From an uncultured Neisseria sp. (GTDB lineage: Bacteria; Pseudomonadota; Gammaproteobacteria; Burkholderiales; UBA11063), in assembly GCA_964386295.1 (NCBI GenBank), contig CAYLRR010000001.1:178116-242115 (forward strand): a stretch of 64,000 bases of DNA. The letters run 5' to 3'. The notes beneath the pieces were generated by a model that was not told where the DNA came from, did not search any database, and saw only the letters and a list, made by a program, of their open reading frames with translations. The position numbers were made by a program, and so were the translations under genes. Every line of letters starts with the position of its first letter. Within the stretch, counting starts at the first letter, position 1. Below are positions 22,299 through 32,641 of this stretch, one piece after another.

Positions 22299-22535
22299 CT
22301 TTAAAGGTTACTTAATGGTTGAGAAAATAAATTTGATTATTAGGCATTTACTACCATATCATCCGCATACGCAATTATACCAATTGCGCTTAAGTTTAGT
22401 ACGAATTGGAAAACTATTAACTACAAATTAGCTAACGCACCATGAATTCATTTCCTGTAAGGCGGGATAAGCCAAAAGTGCTATAATCTAGCTCTAATAG
22501 AATGCTAATAAATCATTTTTATTCAAGTTTCCTCA

Positions 22536-23864
22536 ATGAGCGAATTAGTAAGTGCTAAAATTACAGAAATGGACCTAGAAGGCCGGGGTATTGCATATAT
22601 TAACGGCAAAAAAGTAGTTATCCCAGGTGCGTTAAGCAATGAAAATGTACTAATCAGATTATTGCCTACACGAAAAGGCAGCTACAAAGGCGAAACTATT
22701 GAAATAAAACAACCCAATAAGCATCGAGTAATCCCACGCTGCCCTAATTATGTAACTTGTGGTGGCTGTACCTTACAACACCTGGATTCTCACTCACAAA
22801 TTCAATTGAAACATGAATTCTTACTCAATTCCTTGGCAAATATTAGCAAAGTTACACCTGAAGCCATTTTAGAACCAGTAGTTGGCCCAGATTGGCAATA
22901 TCGTTATCGAGCAAGATTATCAGTATTTTATGATACTAAATCTGACAGCATGTTAATTGGATTTAAAAAGCAATCTTCAACCCATATTACACAGATGAAT
23001 GAGTGTAGTATTTTACCCGAACATATATCCGAATTAATCCCCAAATTAAAACTATTAATAAGAAGCCTCTCAGCATATAATAGGATTCCACAGATCGAAA
23101 TCGCTGTAGGGGCTAAGTTATCCGTTTTAGTAATAAGAACCTTAGTAGCATTAACTAATGAAGACCAAAAACAAATAAAACTGTTTATTGATAACATGAA
23201 CAACGCTTCACTCCAAATCTGGTTGCAGCCTAATGGTCCGGATAGTTGTTATCCGTTATATCCAATAAGCATGCCTGGACTTAGCTACGAACTAACAGAT
23301 TTTAGCCTAGAAATGCCCTATATCCCTACTGAATTTACCCAAGTCAATCCAATATTGAATCAAAAAATGGTAAAATTAGCCATCAATCTTTTAGAGCTTG
23401 GCAATAAAGACCGAGTTGCAGATTTTTTTTGTGGGATTGGAAACTTTACGTTACCTATAGCTAGGGATGCTCAATATGTTTTAGGGATTGAAGGCTCGAC
23501 AAGACTTGTTGCTAGGGCTAGACAAAATGCCAAATTCAATAATCTTTACCATAAAGTTAGTTACCAGGCACACAACTTGTTTACAATTGATCAGGATTGG
23601 TTAGATAGTTTAGGAGATTTTGATAAATGGTTAATTGACCCTCCTCGCGAAGGGGCACTTAGCTTAATTAAGGCAATTTCAAAGCAAAATGCACCTAAGA
23701 GAATAGTTTATGTTTCATGTAATCCGCTAACTTTAGCTCGCGATGCAGCCATTTTAACCAATGTAAAAGGATATAAATTAAAACAAGCAGGAATAATAAA
23801 TATGTTTCCACATACTGCACATACAGAATCAATCGCTGTTTTTGATCTAATTAGAGGCAATTAG
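22536..23864 (+). CDS. rlmD: 23S rRNA (uracil-1939-C5)-methyltransferase
   Basis: TRAM domain, CxxxxxCGGC Fe-S motif, DFFCGIGNF, DPPREGA, YVSCNP, MFPHTAHTE. Confidence 0.95.
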   Translation: MSELVSAKITEMDLEGRGIAYINGKKVVIPGALSNENVLIRLLPTRKGSYKGETIEIKQPNKHRVIPRCPNYVTCGGCTLQHLDSHSQIQLKHEFLLNSLANISKVTPEAILEPVVGPDWQYRYRARLSVFYDTKSDSMLIGFKKQSSTHITQMNECSILPEHISELIPKLKLLIRSLSAYNRIPQIEIAVGAKLSVLVIRTLVALTNEDQKQIKLFIDNMNNASLQIWLQPNGPDSCYPLYPISMPGLSYELTDFSLEMPYIPTEFTQVNPILNQKMVKLAINLLELGNKDRVADFFCGIGNFTLPIARDAQYVLGIEGSTRLVARARQNAKFNNLYHKVSYQAHNLFTIDQDWLDSLGDFDKWLIDPPREGALSLIKAISKQNAPKRIVYVSCNPLTLARDAAILTNVKGYKLKQAGIINMFPHTAHTESIAVFDLIRGN

Positions 23865-23927
23865 TATTTGAAGTGGAAGCGGCTATTTACATAACCGCTT
23901 AGTTTGAGGTTGTAAATTAAATAAATA

Positions 23928-24245
23928 TTAATTAATTAATAACATTTCACTAAATTTGATATTAAAAAATTGACTTAGTTCTGAAAGATCACACTCTTTA
24001 ATTGGTGTATTACGTTTTCTAATAATCTCAACAGCTGATTCTTCGCCATATACCTCCATAGTATTCTCTTCCAATTTTTTTTCATTTACGCTAAGAGATT
24101 TAGACTTAGAATCTAACCCGGCTTTTTTTGTAGCGGGTCTTTTTTTTAGAGCTCGAATTTTTTCTCGGCTAAATAAATAACCCTCGCCATTTAGACTATG
24201 AGTTTCTCTAAAAAATGCATTACTACCATTTTTATGGTTATTCAT
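23928..24245 (-). CDS. Hypothetical small basic protein, paralog of 33976..34299
   Basis: Shares GYxxxxxKxRALK and KRNTPxxxCDxxELxQF motifs with the other copy. Confidence 0.75.
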   Translation of the reverse strand: MNNHKNGSNAFFRETHSLNGEGYLFSREKIRALKKRPATKKAGLDSKSKSLSVNEKKLEENTMEVYGEESAVEIIRKRNTPIKECDLSELSQFFNIKFSEMLLIN

Positions 24246-24695
24246 ATCATATGTCCCCGTTAAAAATTATTTAATTGTATGCCAAGTTAAATTAATTCCA
24301 AGACATGCCCTTTAGAGTTCCAGTATAGTACCACATCAATAATATATTAGCTCATGAATACTACAGCTTAGAAGTTTAGCCAAAAGGCTAAGGCATAAGC
24401 TATCACCCGCTAATAAACTGATTTAAAACTCATTCTTATTTATAGCATTTAATTACGAGGGATAAATTACCTACAAATCTATTTTTCTAATTTAAATTTG
24501 AGGTTAGTTTTGACAATCGGCCATTCACTTTCAATAATACTATAACATTATTTCAACTTGGGCCAAAATTTCAAGTAACCAATAACTGATAATTCCTATT
24601 TAGCGTTTACAAAGCTGCAATAACCCTGTTAAAATAAGTATTATTCTTAAATTTTACTTTAATACACCGCCGAACTTTTCTAAGGAATTAACAGT

Positions 24696-25478
24696 ATGTA
24701 TATTAATCTTGATGATTTTGAAATGTATTATATTGACAATCAAAAAACTGACAAACCAGTATTAATCTTTATTCATGGTTTAGGCGAAAACCTTGACTCA
24801 TGGCAAAATCAAATTGAATATTTTGGAGATAACTACCGGGTGATTGCTATGGATCTCCGCGGTCATAATCGGAGTACAGATGGCACTAAGCCAATTACAA
24901 TTAAGCAATTTGCAGAAGATATTATTGCATTATGTGATAAATTAGGAATTACTAAGGCTCATTTTGTCGGGCTTTCTATGGGAGGCATAGTCTGTCAACA
25001 GTTAGCCATCGATCATCAGGAACGGATGTTGACCGTTTCATTATGCAATACCGCTAGTTATGCGACAGATGAAGCCAAAGCTAAACTAGCTGACCGGATC
25101 TCAATGATAAAAGCAGTTACGATGGATGAGATGGCTGATTTTATTGTTACAGCATGCTTACCACCCGATTATCAACAAAAAATATATGATAGTGCATATT
25201 CAATATTCCGCCTTAATCGCAAAGAACCATATATGGCAGCAACTATCGCAACATTCTCCATAGACTTTAGAAATCAATTAAATAGTATTACCATTCCTAC
25301 ATTGGTACTTACTGGGGAATTTGATAAAGCTACGCCACCAGAAGCAACTAAATTTATCCATCAAAACATCTCAAATTCTGAAATGCATATTATTCCAGGG
25401 GTGGGGCATTTAAGCAAGCTTGAAAACCCCACAGAATTTAATCGCTTGATTAACAACTTTTTAAGTAAGCATATTTAA
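24696..25478 (+). CDS. Alpha/beta hydrolase (enol-lactonase-like)
   Basis: FIHGLG, GLSMGG nucleophile elbow, GEFD, GVGHLS. Confidence 0.92.
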   Translation: MYINLDDFEMYYIDNQKTDKPVLIFIHGLGENLDSWQNQIEYFGDNYRVIAMDLRGHNRSTDGTKPITIKQFAEDIIALCDKLGITKAHFVGLSMGGIVCQQLAIDHQERMLTVSLCNTASYATDEAKAKLADRISMIKAVTMDEMADFIVTACLPPDYQQKIYDSAYSIFRLNRKEPYMAATIATFSIDFRNQLNSITIPTLVLTGEFDKATPPEATKFIHQNISNSEMHIIPGVGHLSKLENPTEFNRLINNFLSKHI

Positions 25479-25685
25479 TATCTGATGTTGTTACGCACTA
25501 AATCAAATTTTAGTATTTTGCCCAAAATAGGGAAAGTACGTAACATCTCTTAATATCATAAGTGACATAAAGCAAACACAACTGCTCATTAAAATAATCA
25601 ATTAGAAAAAGAGTAGGCTCATTGAAGAAACCTTATCTAGTATTAGCGTTTGCTATCCTACAGGATAAACTTTCTTGAAAAAAAT

Positions 25686-25714
25686 TTGCTAAAAACCTTT
25701 CAGGGTAATACAAT
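25686..25714 (+). promoter_or_regulatory. Sigma70 promoter of tRNA-Val
   Basis: TTGCTA-17 nt-TACAAT followed by a C-rich discriminator. Confidence 0.65.
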
Positions 25715-25747
25715 TATCCCCTCAGCAATTATAAACCATAAATCTAG

Positions 25748-25822
25748 GGGTTGTTAGCTCAGTGGTAGAGCGTTACGTTGACATCGTAAAGGTCGTTGGT
25801 TCGATACCGACACAACCCACCA
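25748..25822 (+). tRNA. tRNA-Val(GAC)
   Basis: Acceptor GGGTTGT/ACAACCC, anticodon arm TTACG-TTGACAT-CGTAA, GGTTCGA T-loop, encoded CCA. Confidence 0.97.
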
Positions 25823-25944
25823 GTATATTTATCTCACCTCCTTATTTTCCAATATTTTTAGCCTAAATAATAACAATTGTAATGGCTTTATTAAATTAAC
25901 CATTTGCTTAATCTTGCTTAAAATTACGATTAATTTACTCTAAA

Positions 25945-25978
25945 ATTGACCTAAGATTGACCTAAGATTGACCTAAGA
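25945..25978. repeat. Three perfect tandem copies of 11-bp TTGACCTAAGA
   Basis: Copies at 25946, 25957 and 25968. Confidence 0.95.
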
Positions 25979-26101
25979 CAATTTTAGTATCTTTTTCTTT
26001 TCATCGGACTTAATAAAGCGAGCATGGTTTTTATAAATCATTTCTATAGTTTCATGACCTACAATTTTGTACAACCCCCACTTCCATGCGTATTGTTTAG
26101 T
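25973..26101 (-). pseudogene. Tyrosine integrase C-terminal relic pointing at the tRNA-Val 3' end
   Basis: Translates ...VGHETIEMIYKNHARFIKSDEKKKILKLS*, matching MGHINTEMVIRNYGEFI of the relic at 36.7-37.1 kb; catalytic Tyr position is CAT (His). Confidence 0.5.
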
Positions 26102-26229
26102 CTACTTCAGTTTATGTTGGCGACCTGGATAATTCAAGTTATACAAATTACCAATCTTGTTTTAACAGAATTTTCTATCCTCTGAAATTGAAGGTATTAA
26201 TCATGATCAATTTTAAATACAATATTGGT

Positions 26230-26328
26230 ATTGCATCATCCTAATATGCATAAAGGTACAAATATTACTTATCCTTTGCTTGCATTTGTACCTTGGCAAG
26301 AAGATATAGCATTACTATATCTTTTTGC
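26230..26328 (+). ncRNA. Candidate sRNA, sibling A (three hairpins, the last a terminator)
   Basis: TACAAT -10 box 6 nt upstream; stems TGCAT/ATGCA, AAGGTACAAAT/ATTTGTACCTT, AAGATATAG/CTATATCTT plus T-run. Confidence 0.6.
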
Positions 26329-26518
26329 TTATTAATACCTTGAAAAAAAGACCAACAGCCGGAATTTAACAATTACTGTAATTCCGGCTACCTATTTAAC
26401 CCATTAAGCATACATCAAATAACTCACCGATTCAATTCACTAACATAAATATAATAATTTTTGCAATCTACAGAAAATGAAGATACCAATAACAGAATTA
26501 ATTGGGTAGAATTACGCA

Positions 26519-26621
26519 ATTGCATTCCTGAAATTTATGCAATGAGGTATATACGTTACGCATTGTCTTGATTACCTGTACCTCGACCAAAAAGGATATA
26601 GTTAAAGCTATATCCTTTTTT
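26519..26621 (+). ncRNA. Candidate sRNA, sibling B
   Basis: TAGAAT -10 box 6 nt upstream; stems ATTGCAT/ATGCAAT, GAGGTA/TACCTC, AAAAAGGATATAG/CTATATCCTTTTT. Confidence 0.6.
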
Positions 26622-27330
26622 ATTTATATCTTAATATTCATTAAGAAAATTCTTTATTTCTAAATCTTCAGTCAATTATTTACAAAAATAACCTTATGCC
26701 AATAGTAATTGTGGTCTTTATACTCTATCTTATTCCAGAGAAGAAATAGCTTGCCTTATACCTTTCTAGCGGACACTCAGATATTTTAGGCTTCATTAGC
26801 TGGAAAATTAATACTATTTTGTACATGATATCAATAGTACTACAAGTTTCTAAATTAATTAAGTTTGTTACGCACTTTCACAAACTTTTGGCAAAATAAT
26901 AAGATTTATTAAAATGGTTAATTAATTTATAACTAGTTATATAGTATATTTGATTTTGTTTACGAAATTAGCGTTATTTGTTAATTTGTTTGAGTGATGC
27001 GAGTTTATCAACAAATAGCAAACGAGTAAGACAAAATCTTAGATGCGGAAGATTTGAGCTATAACTCAATTAACTTTTAGATAAATCTGATACACTGCTT
27101 TAAATTTTATTAGCGTGCGTAACATCACTTAATTAAAATAAATTTCGGAAGGAGGTGATTTCACATTTTATTATTATATGTTAAGAGTAGTTCTGCACTG
27201 GCAATAATTTACTGTATAATATTTAGTTTACATATGTATTGCTTATTAAATACCAAATACTTTTATAATACTAATTATTGATTTATTACTAGGTTGTGAT
27301 ACACTTTTTGCCACTATATGAAAGTTATAT

Positions 27331-28722
27331 ATGTTATTTAACAGTTACTTGTTTATATTCATTTTTTTGCCAATTTCATTTTTCTTATATTTTGTTGTAG
27401 CTAAATTAAATCTTCGTAGACTCCCAATTTTGAATTTGGCCATAATGAGCCTATTATTTTATTCTTTGTGGGAGCCTAAATACACAATTTTAATTTTGAT
27501 TTCGATTGTTACTAATTTTCTTTGCGGATACTTTATCCAAAACTCTCGTGCCAAAAAAGCAATTTTAAATAGCGGCCTATTGTTTAATTTATCTTTATTA
27601 GGGTATTATAAGTATACCAATTTTTTTATTGAAAACCTAGACCGTATAACCGGAGCGAAGTATCAACTATCGGCCATTGCCCTCCCATTAGGTATTAGTT
27701 TTTTTACTTTTACCCAGATTGCTTATTTAGTAGATTGCTATAAAGCTAAAGTAAAAGAAACTAATTTTTTGAATTATTTCTTATTTGTAACTTTTTTCCC
27801 TCATCTGATAGCCGGACCAATTATTCATCATGCCGAAATGATGCCCCAGTTTCAAAAAGCAGAGTTTAAATTAAATTATAACAATATTTATAAAGGCTTA
27901 TCCTTATTTGCTATCGGTTTATTTAAAAAAACCATTGTTGCAGACTTATTTGCGTTTAATGTTGCCAAACTATTTAATTTAGCTACAGTTACTCATTTAT
28001 CATTTTGGGAGAGTTGGTCTGCCGCCCTATCTTATTCAGTACAGCTATATTTTGATTTTAGCGGCTATACAGATATGGCAATTGGTATTGCCTTACTCTT
28101 TAATATCATTTTACCGATAAACTTTAATTCACCTTACAAGGCTGATTCAATTTCCGATTTCTGGCAACGTTGGCATATAACCTTAAGCAGATTTTTAAGA
28201 GAATATATTTATATACCATTAGGTGGGAACAGGAAGGGCTATATCCGCCGAGAAATAAACGTATTGTTGGTATTTTTAATTGGCGGATTCTGGCATGGTG
28301 CGGGATGGACCTTTATTGTATGGGGTATTTTGCATTCTATAGGTTACATAATTTCTCGAGTATGGAATAGCATTACTAATTATTTTAAATTTTTATCGTT
28401 GCCCAAATTTACCTATGTCCTAATTACATTTATCTATGTAACATTCTGCTGGGTTTATTTTAATGCTTCAACTGTTACATCAGCAAATTCAATGATTAAG
28501 TCAATGCTCTCACTTGACTTCCACTCTAAAATGAATTACTATATCTTTCCTGCAATAGTTGTAATAGCTGCAACAATGTTATTACCAAATTCCAACCAAA
28601 TTGTTGAATACACAACAACTCGGAGCAAAAATTTTGCAATTGCTTATGCCATAATTTTCTGGATTGGGCTTATTGCTATCAACCTTATACCTAACACGCC
28701 ATTTATTTATTTTCAATTCTAG
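27331..28722 (+). CDS. MBOAT O-acyltransferase, AlgI/PatA family
   Basis: MLFNSYLF, LPLGISFFTF, YFDFSGYTDMAIG, FWQRWHITLS, GFWHGAGW, C-terminal FIYFQF. Confidence 0.95.
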   Translation: MLFNSYLFIFIFLPISFFLYFVVAKLNLRRLPILNLAIMSLLFYSLWEPKYTILILISIVTNFLCGYFIQNSRAKKAILNSGLLFNLSLLGYYKYTNFFIENLDRITGAKYQLSAIALPLGISFFTFTQIAYLVDCYKAKVKETNFLNYFLFVTFFPHLIAGPIIHHAEMMPQFQKAEFKLNYNNIYKGLSLFAIGLFKKTIVADLFAFNVAKLFNLATVTHLSFWESWSAALSYSVQLYFDFSGYTDMAIGIALLFNIILPINFNSPYKADSISDFWQRWHITLSRFLREYIYIPLGGNRKGYIRREINVLLVFLIGGFWHGAGWTFIVWGILHSIGYIISRVWNSITNYFKFLSLPKFTYVLITFIYVTFCWVYFNASTVTSANSMIKSMLSLDFHSKMNYYIFPAIVVIAATMLLPNSNQIVEYTTTRSKNFAIAYAIIFWIGLIAINLIPNTPFIYFQF

Positions 28723-28728
28723 TAAAAT

Positions 28729-29706
28729 ATGAAAACCAAAACCTTTTTTCTAATCTCCACTTTGATTATCCTAATTGGAATTACTGTTATTCTTAATCAA
28801 TTTGCAATGTCAAAGACTATCATACCTTTTAACTTGGATAGGCCATTAGCTTCATTATACAGGTTGGAGCATACAGTTAATCCAGTCGTATTTCTTGGTG
28901 ATTCTCGGACAAAATATCAGGTTGATACAGAATATTTAAATAATACCCATGCGTTAAGTGCAAATGTAACTAATGGTGGAATTAATGGGTTCTATTACCC
29001 TTACCAGATAGCTGCTTTTAAGGTAGCAGCTAATAATCCAAATATCCACAAAATCTATTTTTCTATGCCCATTCGGGATATTTTTGGCAAAGTCCCATTG
29101 AACCCGGGTAATTTTGGAAACTTTATCAGCCCCGGATTATTGCTGCCATTATTGATGATGCCGCAAGTCGGATTAAATTTAAAAGGGCAAATGGTCAGCG
29201 CAGCCGTAAATAATATAATCGATCTGCATTATATCTTATATTATTTGCAAACTACTTTAATGCCAAACGACAAATTTAGTTCAAGTAGCCAATACTGCCA
29301 ACAACAATCAGCTTCATTATTTCAAAAAGTATATGTTTGTAAAAACGGAGATGGTTATATAATTTCTAATTCTGCTCCTAAAAGAAAGTCAATCCGTAAC
29401 GTAGTAGTTAATATAGATAATGTAACGAATGGGTTTTTATATACTTTTATGAACATGAAGCAAATGACTTCTGCTACACATAAAGATTTATACCTGGTCT
29501 TGCTTCCAGAATATGGTGTGAAATATCAAATAGATATAAAGCAACTTGAAGCAAAATTAGGGGTTACGGTCATAGATATGTCACATACTTTTAAAAATGA
29601 AAGCGACATCAAATACTGGGTTATCGATGAGGGGCACTTAAATCAGCAAGGTCGAGAGATCTATACCAAATTACTGATAAATAAAATAGTGGACTTAAAA
29701 AACTAA
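28729..29706 (+). CDS. SGNH-fold periplasmic acyltransferase partner (AlgJ/PatB/DltD-like)
   Basis: N-terminal TM, LGDSR block I, DEGHLN (DxxH) block; 6 nt after the MBOAT gene. Confidence 0.75.
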   Translation: MKTKTFFLISTLIILIGITVILNQFAMSKTIIPFNLDRPLASLYRLEHTVNPVVFLGDSRTKYQVDTEYLNNTHALSANVTNGGINGFYYPYQIAAFKVAANNPNIHKIYFSMPIRDIFGKVPLNPGNFGNFISPGLLLPLLMMPQVGLNLKGQMVSAAVNNIIDLHYILYYLQTTLMPNDKFSSSSQYCQQQSASLFQKVYVCKNGDGYIISNSAPKRKSIRNVVVNIDNVTNGFLYTFMNMKQMTSATHKDLYLVLLPEYGVKYQIDIKQLEAKLGVTVIDMSHTFKNESDIKYWVIDEGHLNQQGREIYTKLLINKIVDLKN

Positions 29707-29995
29707 TTATTTGCGAAATGTTGAATCCATTATAGTTATTTATTATTACTAAGGCACTTTACTGATATTAACTATTAACTAGCTGATTTTTTAGAAGTTA
29801 TCTAACTTTACTGGCATAGTTTCATCTTTATGCTAAAAATTATTGCCTTTTTAGACTGTGATGAATTATAATAATATGTAAAATAGATAAACTACTTAGA
29901 AAATATCGCTCTTTAAGTTTGCAAAATGACATTAACCATAAATTTCTGGTTTTTTATACAATTTAATGATTTAACTAAAAATATTAATATACAAA

Positions 29996-30973
29996 ATGCG
30001 TTTGAAAAAAAATAAATTCTCTCTAGTAGCTAAAATAACGTTACTTTTAATGTTAAGCATACGTTGTTTTGCAGCCTCTCATTCTAGTAGCGCACACTTT
30101 GCATCTACTCATCAGTTTTCTGCGCATTTTGCAAGACAAGCAACTACCCTAGGTTCTTCAAAAGTAGCGGTAAGCACTATGACAGGCAATAGCCACCCAG
30201 CCCAAGCAACGGCAGTCGGATTAGGATCCAAAGAGGAAACAAGCCTTAGCCAGACGGTAGCTACTATAAGTTCAAATGATAAGTTGGCGGCTGTAGCTCC
30301 AGCCAAAGTTAGTTCCATCACTGATAACTCGCAAACGAGTACAATTAACTCACAAGCTAACACAACTAGCACACAAAATAACACTATTAGTTCACAAATT
30401 AACCATATAGTAATTGATAAACCTATGGTTTCCTATGCTCCCAGCAGTAAGCCGGATACTGCAACTCTTACCACAAGTGGTTTTGGGCCCAAACTAACAG
30501 GGCCTAATCAACAAAGAATTACTTATTCGCCGCATAGTAAACAAACTCGAAAAATGGATAGTTTAACCAAGGCAACAGTTGAGACATCGACAACTTCGAC
30601 GACCACAACAACTAGCTCAAAGTCTGGGGCTAAGCTCAGTACTACACCATCTAGCCTAAATAAAGTTAATTTCGTCCCACTTTCCACTACCTCGGCAGTT
30701 ACGTTGCAGTCTATTGCCAAGGCGAATTTAGGTACACTAACTACCGAAGCGTTACTTGAAAAAACACCCCCTGAATTAGCGGCACAGAAATATAAGTCGC
30801 CAGTTTCAGCTAGTAAAACAAGACAAAAACTCTATAAAGCACTTGCTGAATATGGCATGGCAGTTGGTGGAAGTTCAGCTATTATTAGCGCACTGATTAT
30901 GTTAGCTAATTATCGTATGCGCAAACGGGTATTTGCTAAAATTGCGAAAAAGGTAAAATTAAGCTTCGCGTAA
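29996..30973 (+). CDS. Ser/Thr-rich surface protein with a C-terminal TM anchor and basic tail
   Basis: Signal peptide, low-complexity S/T body, GMAVGGSSAIISALIMLA followed by YRMRKR. Confidence 0.7.
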   Translation: MRLKKNKFSLVAKITLLLMLSIRCFAASHSSSAHFASTHQFSAHFARQATTLGSSKVAVSTMTGNSHPAQATAVGLGSKEETSLSQTVATISSNDKLAAVAPAKVSSITDNSQTSTINSQANTTSTQNNTISSQINHIVIDKPMVSYAPSSKPDTATLTTSGFGPKLTGPNQQRITYSPHSKQTRKMDSLTKATVETSTTSTTTTTSSKSGAKLSTTPSSLNKVNFVPLSTTSAVTLQSIAKANLGTLTTEALLEKTPPELAAQKYKSPVSASKTRQKLYKALAEYGMAVGGSSAIISALIMLANYRMRKRVFAKIAKKVKLSFA

Positions 30974-31212
30974 TTCTCTTTCAAATTAAAATTTGATCTA
31001 CTGAGAATCCATCGTTGCCCTCTAGAGCTAACTAGTAAGGTTTAAAAAAGTAGAGAATAGCTATAAAACTAGTGCTAAATTAGAAGAAATAAGATACTGA
31101 ATTAAACACTCGAGACCTACATAACTAAATAGCCTATTTCCAATGACATTAAGCAGTTTTAAAAACCATGCTTCTGGTTTTAATTTCTGGCGCTAAGCCG
31201 AGAAAGCATTCT

Positions 31213-31237
31213 TGGTGGATATAAGGAGAATTGAACC
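31213..31237 (-). repeat. Degenerate copy of the tmRNA 3' end (att site)
   Basis: TGGTGGATATAAGGAGAATTGAACC versus TGGTGGAGATGGCGGGAATTGAACC at 37131-37155; 20/25 identical, same orientation. Confidence 0.65.
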
Positions 31238-31339
31238 ATAAATCACATATTGATTTATCTTAATATTTTTGCATTTATTCAAAAACTTGACACAATAAGA
31301 CATGATGATATTGAATAGTATAGTTAAAAAAGTTAAAAC

Positions 31340-31594
31340 ATGCACACAATTGATTATATCCAAAAACTAAAAGAAGCCAAGTTTAATAATGAACAGATTA
31401 CCGCAATTGCTACTATCGTAACAGATCTTGAAGAAAAGCAAAAACACGAAGTTGCCACTAAAAAAGATATTGAATTAGCGACTCTTGAATTAAAGCAAAA
31501 AATCAAAGCCCTAGAAATAAAACTACTTTCCTTATATAGCGGTAGCGTTTTATTAATTCTCAGTTTTTTAGCCAAAGGATTTCATTGGTTCTAA
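31340..31594 (+). CDS. DUF1640/CCDC90-like coiled-coil protein with a C-terminal TM
   Basis: KLKEAKFNNEQITAI, VATKKDI, hydrophobic C-terminus. Confidence 0.75.
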   Translation: MHTIDYIQKLKEAKFNNEQITAIATIVTDLEEKQKHEVATKKDIELATLELKQKIKALEIKLLSLYSGSVLLILSFLAKGFHWF

Positions 31595-31820
31595 AATACC
31601 TAATGTTTGCGCCGACTATATAAGCGATTTTTTATCCCGATCTTCAGCTGTATATCAATCCAGCCAAAGCGGCAAAAAGGGTTTTTAAACTTAAAGCAAT
31701 ACCAAGATAATATAAACTATTAAAGTTTTGTTCTATACTTGAGAATCTAGCGATGCTGTTTAAGGAAGAGCCAAAAGAAGCAATAACATATCAAAACTCT
31801 GGATAACCGGCAGCAAAAAG
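31593..31820 (-). pseudogene. Possible MFS transporter N-terminal remnant
   Basis: Stop-riddled frame ...IASFGSSLNSIARF...YYLGIALSLKTLFAALAGLIYS*RSG*KIAYIVG resembles MFS TM1-3 and motif A. Confidence 0.3.
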
Positions 31821-32104
31821 CGATTAATTGCTATCTTCTGTGACTAATATAAATTCAAAGAAAGAGCAACATAAATAACTATACACATAAGCTGCTCTTT
31901 CTAAATTATGACTTTAAAAAGTATAGATTATGTTAGTGAACGCTATAATCAGAGCCAGTGGATTTTTGTTTAGAACAATATTTCTTCATACCAATCAGCT
32001 TTACGAAAAATATTAAAGAATGTGCAAATAAAACTAAATAAAAATTGGCTTTTGGGTTTTTATGCTTAATTCTTATTGAATGTATTTTACTTAAATAATA
32101 ATAT

Positions 32105-32512
32105 TTATAAAATATACTCTTCAATGATAATCGACGTTGGTAAGGGGATTTTATTTGCTTTAATTTTTTGCAACAAAGTTATTTCTATGTTTCTTGTAAT
32201 GCTAAGTATAGGCACACCTGACTGTTTTGACTCGAATAGATTCATAATTCTCATACCATTCAAATGGGTCGAATAAAAAACGAATCCAACAATCCATCCC
32301 AATACTATAGAAATAGCTCCAGTTTCATTCGAAGCAGCCATAGTTATTAGGGCTATTATTATCCAAATAAAAAGTTTTGTGAAGTAAACATATATAACAG
32401 GGAAAACGGTCGAATGAATCCGTTCATATTTTGTATAAACTATATAATTTAGGGAACAATATGCTAGCATCAATATATCACTTTTCCAAGTAATACGTAG
32501 CACTTTATACAA
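32105..32512 (-). CDS. Hypothetical membrane protein
   Basis: 135-aa ORF with hydrophobic segments; no recognised family. Confidence 0.4.
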   Translation of the reverse strand: MYKVLRITWKSDILMLAYCSLNYIVYTKYERIHSTVFPVIYVYFTKLFIWIIIALITMAASNETGAISIVLGWIVGFVFYSTHLNGMRIMNLFESKQSGVPILSITRNIEITLLQKIKANKIPLPTSIIIEEYIL

Positions 32513-32641
32513 GCTTAAATTTTGCTTTAAAAACCTACTTTACAATTTCTAAAAAAACAATTTTCTTTGTATCTCTACTAGCTTTTACAGGTAGCTTGAT
32601 ATAAGTTACCTACAATATTACTCACTTTGCTTTTTTCAGTA

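Noticed and set aside
26246-26335. 29-aa hydrophobic ORF in sibling A as a type I toxin
   Set aside because: No RBS and not conserved in sibling B (ATG CAA TGA); minus-strand frames are not conserved either
25945-26621. CRISPR array
   Set aside because: Repeats are adjacent 11-mers or two diverged 100-nt units; no repeat-spacer pattern and no cas genes
29707-31212. Distal att copy of the tRNA-Val 3' end
   Set aside because: No recognisable match to GGTTCGATACCGACACAACCCACCA found by eye, so the right boundary of that relic is undefined
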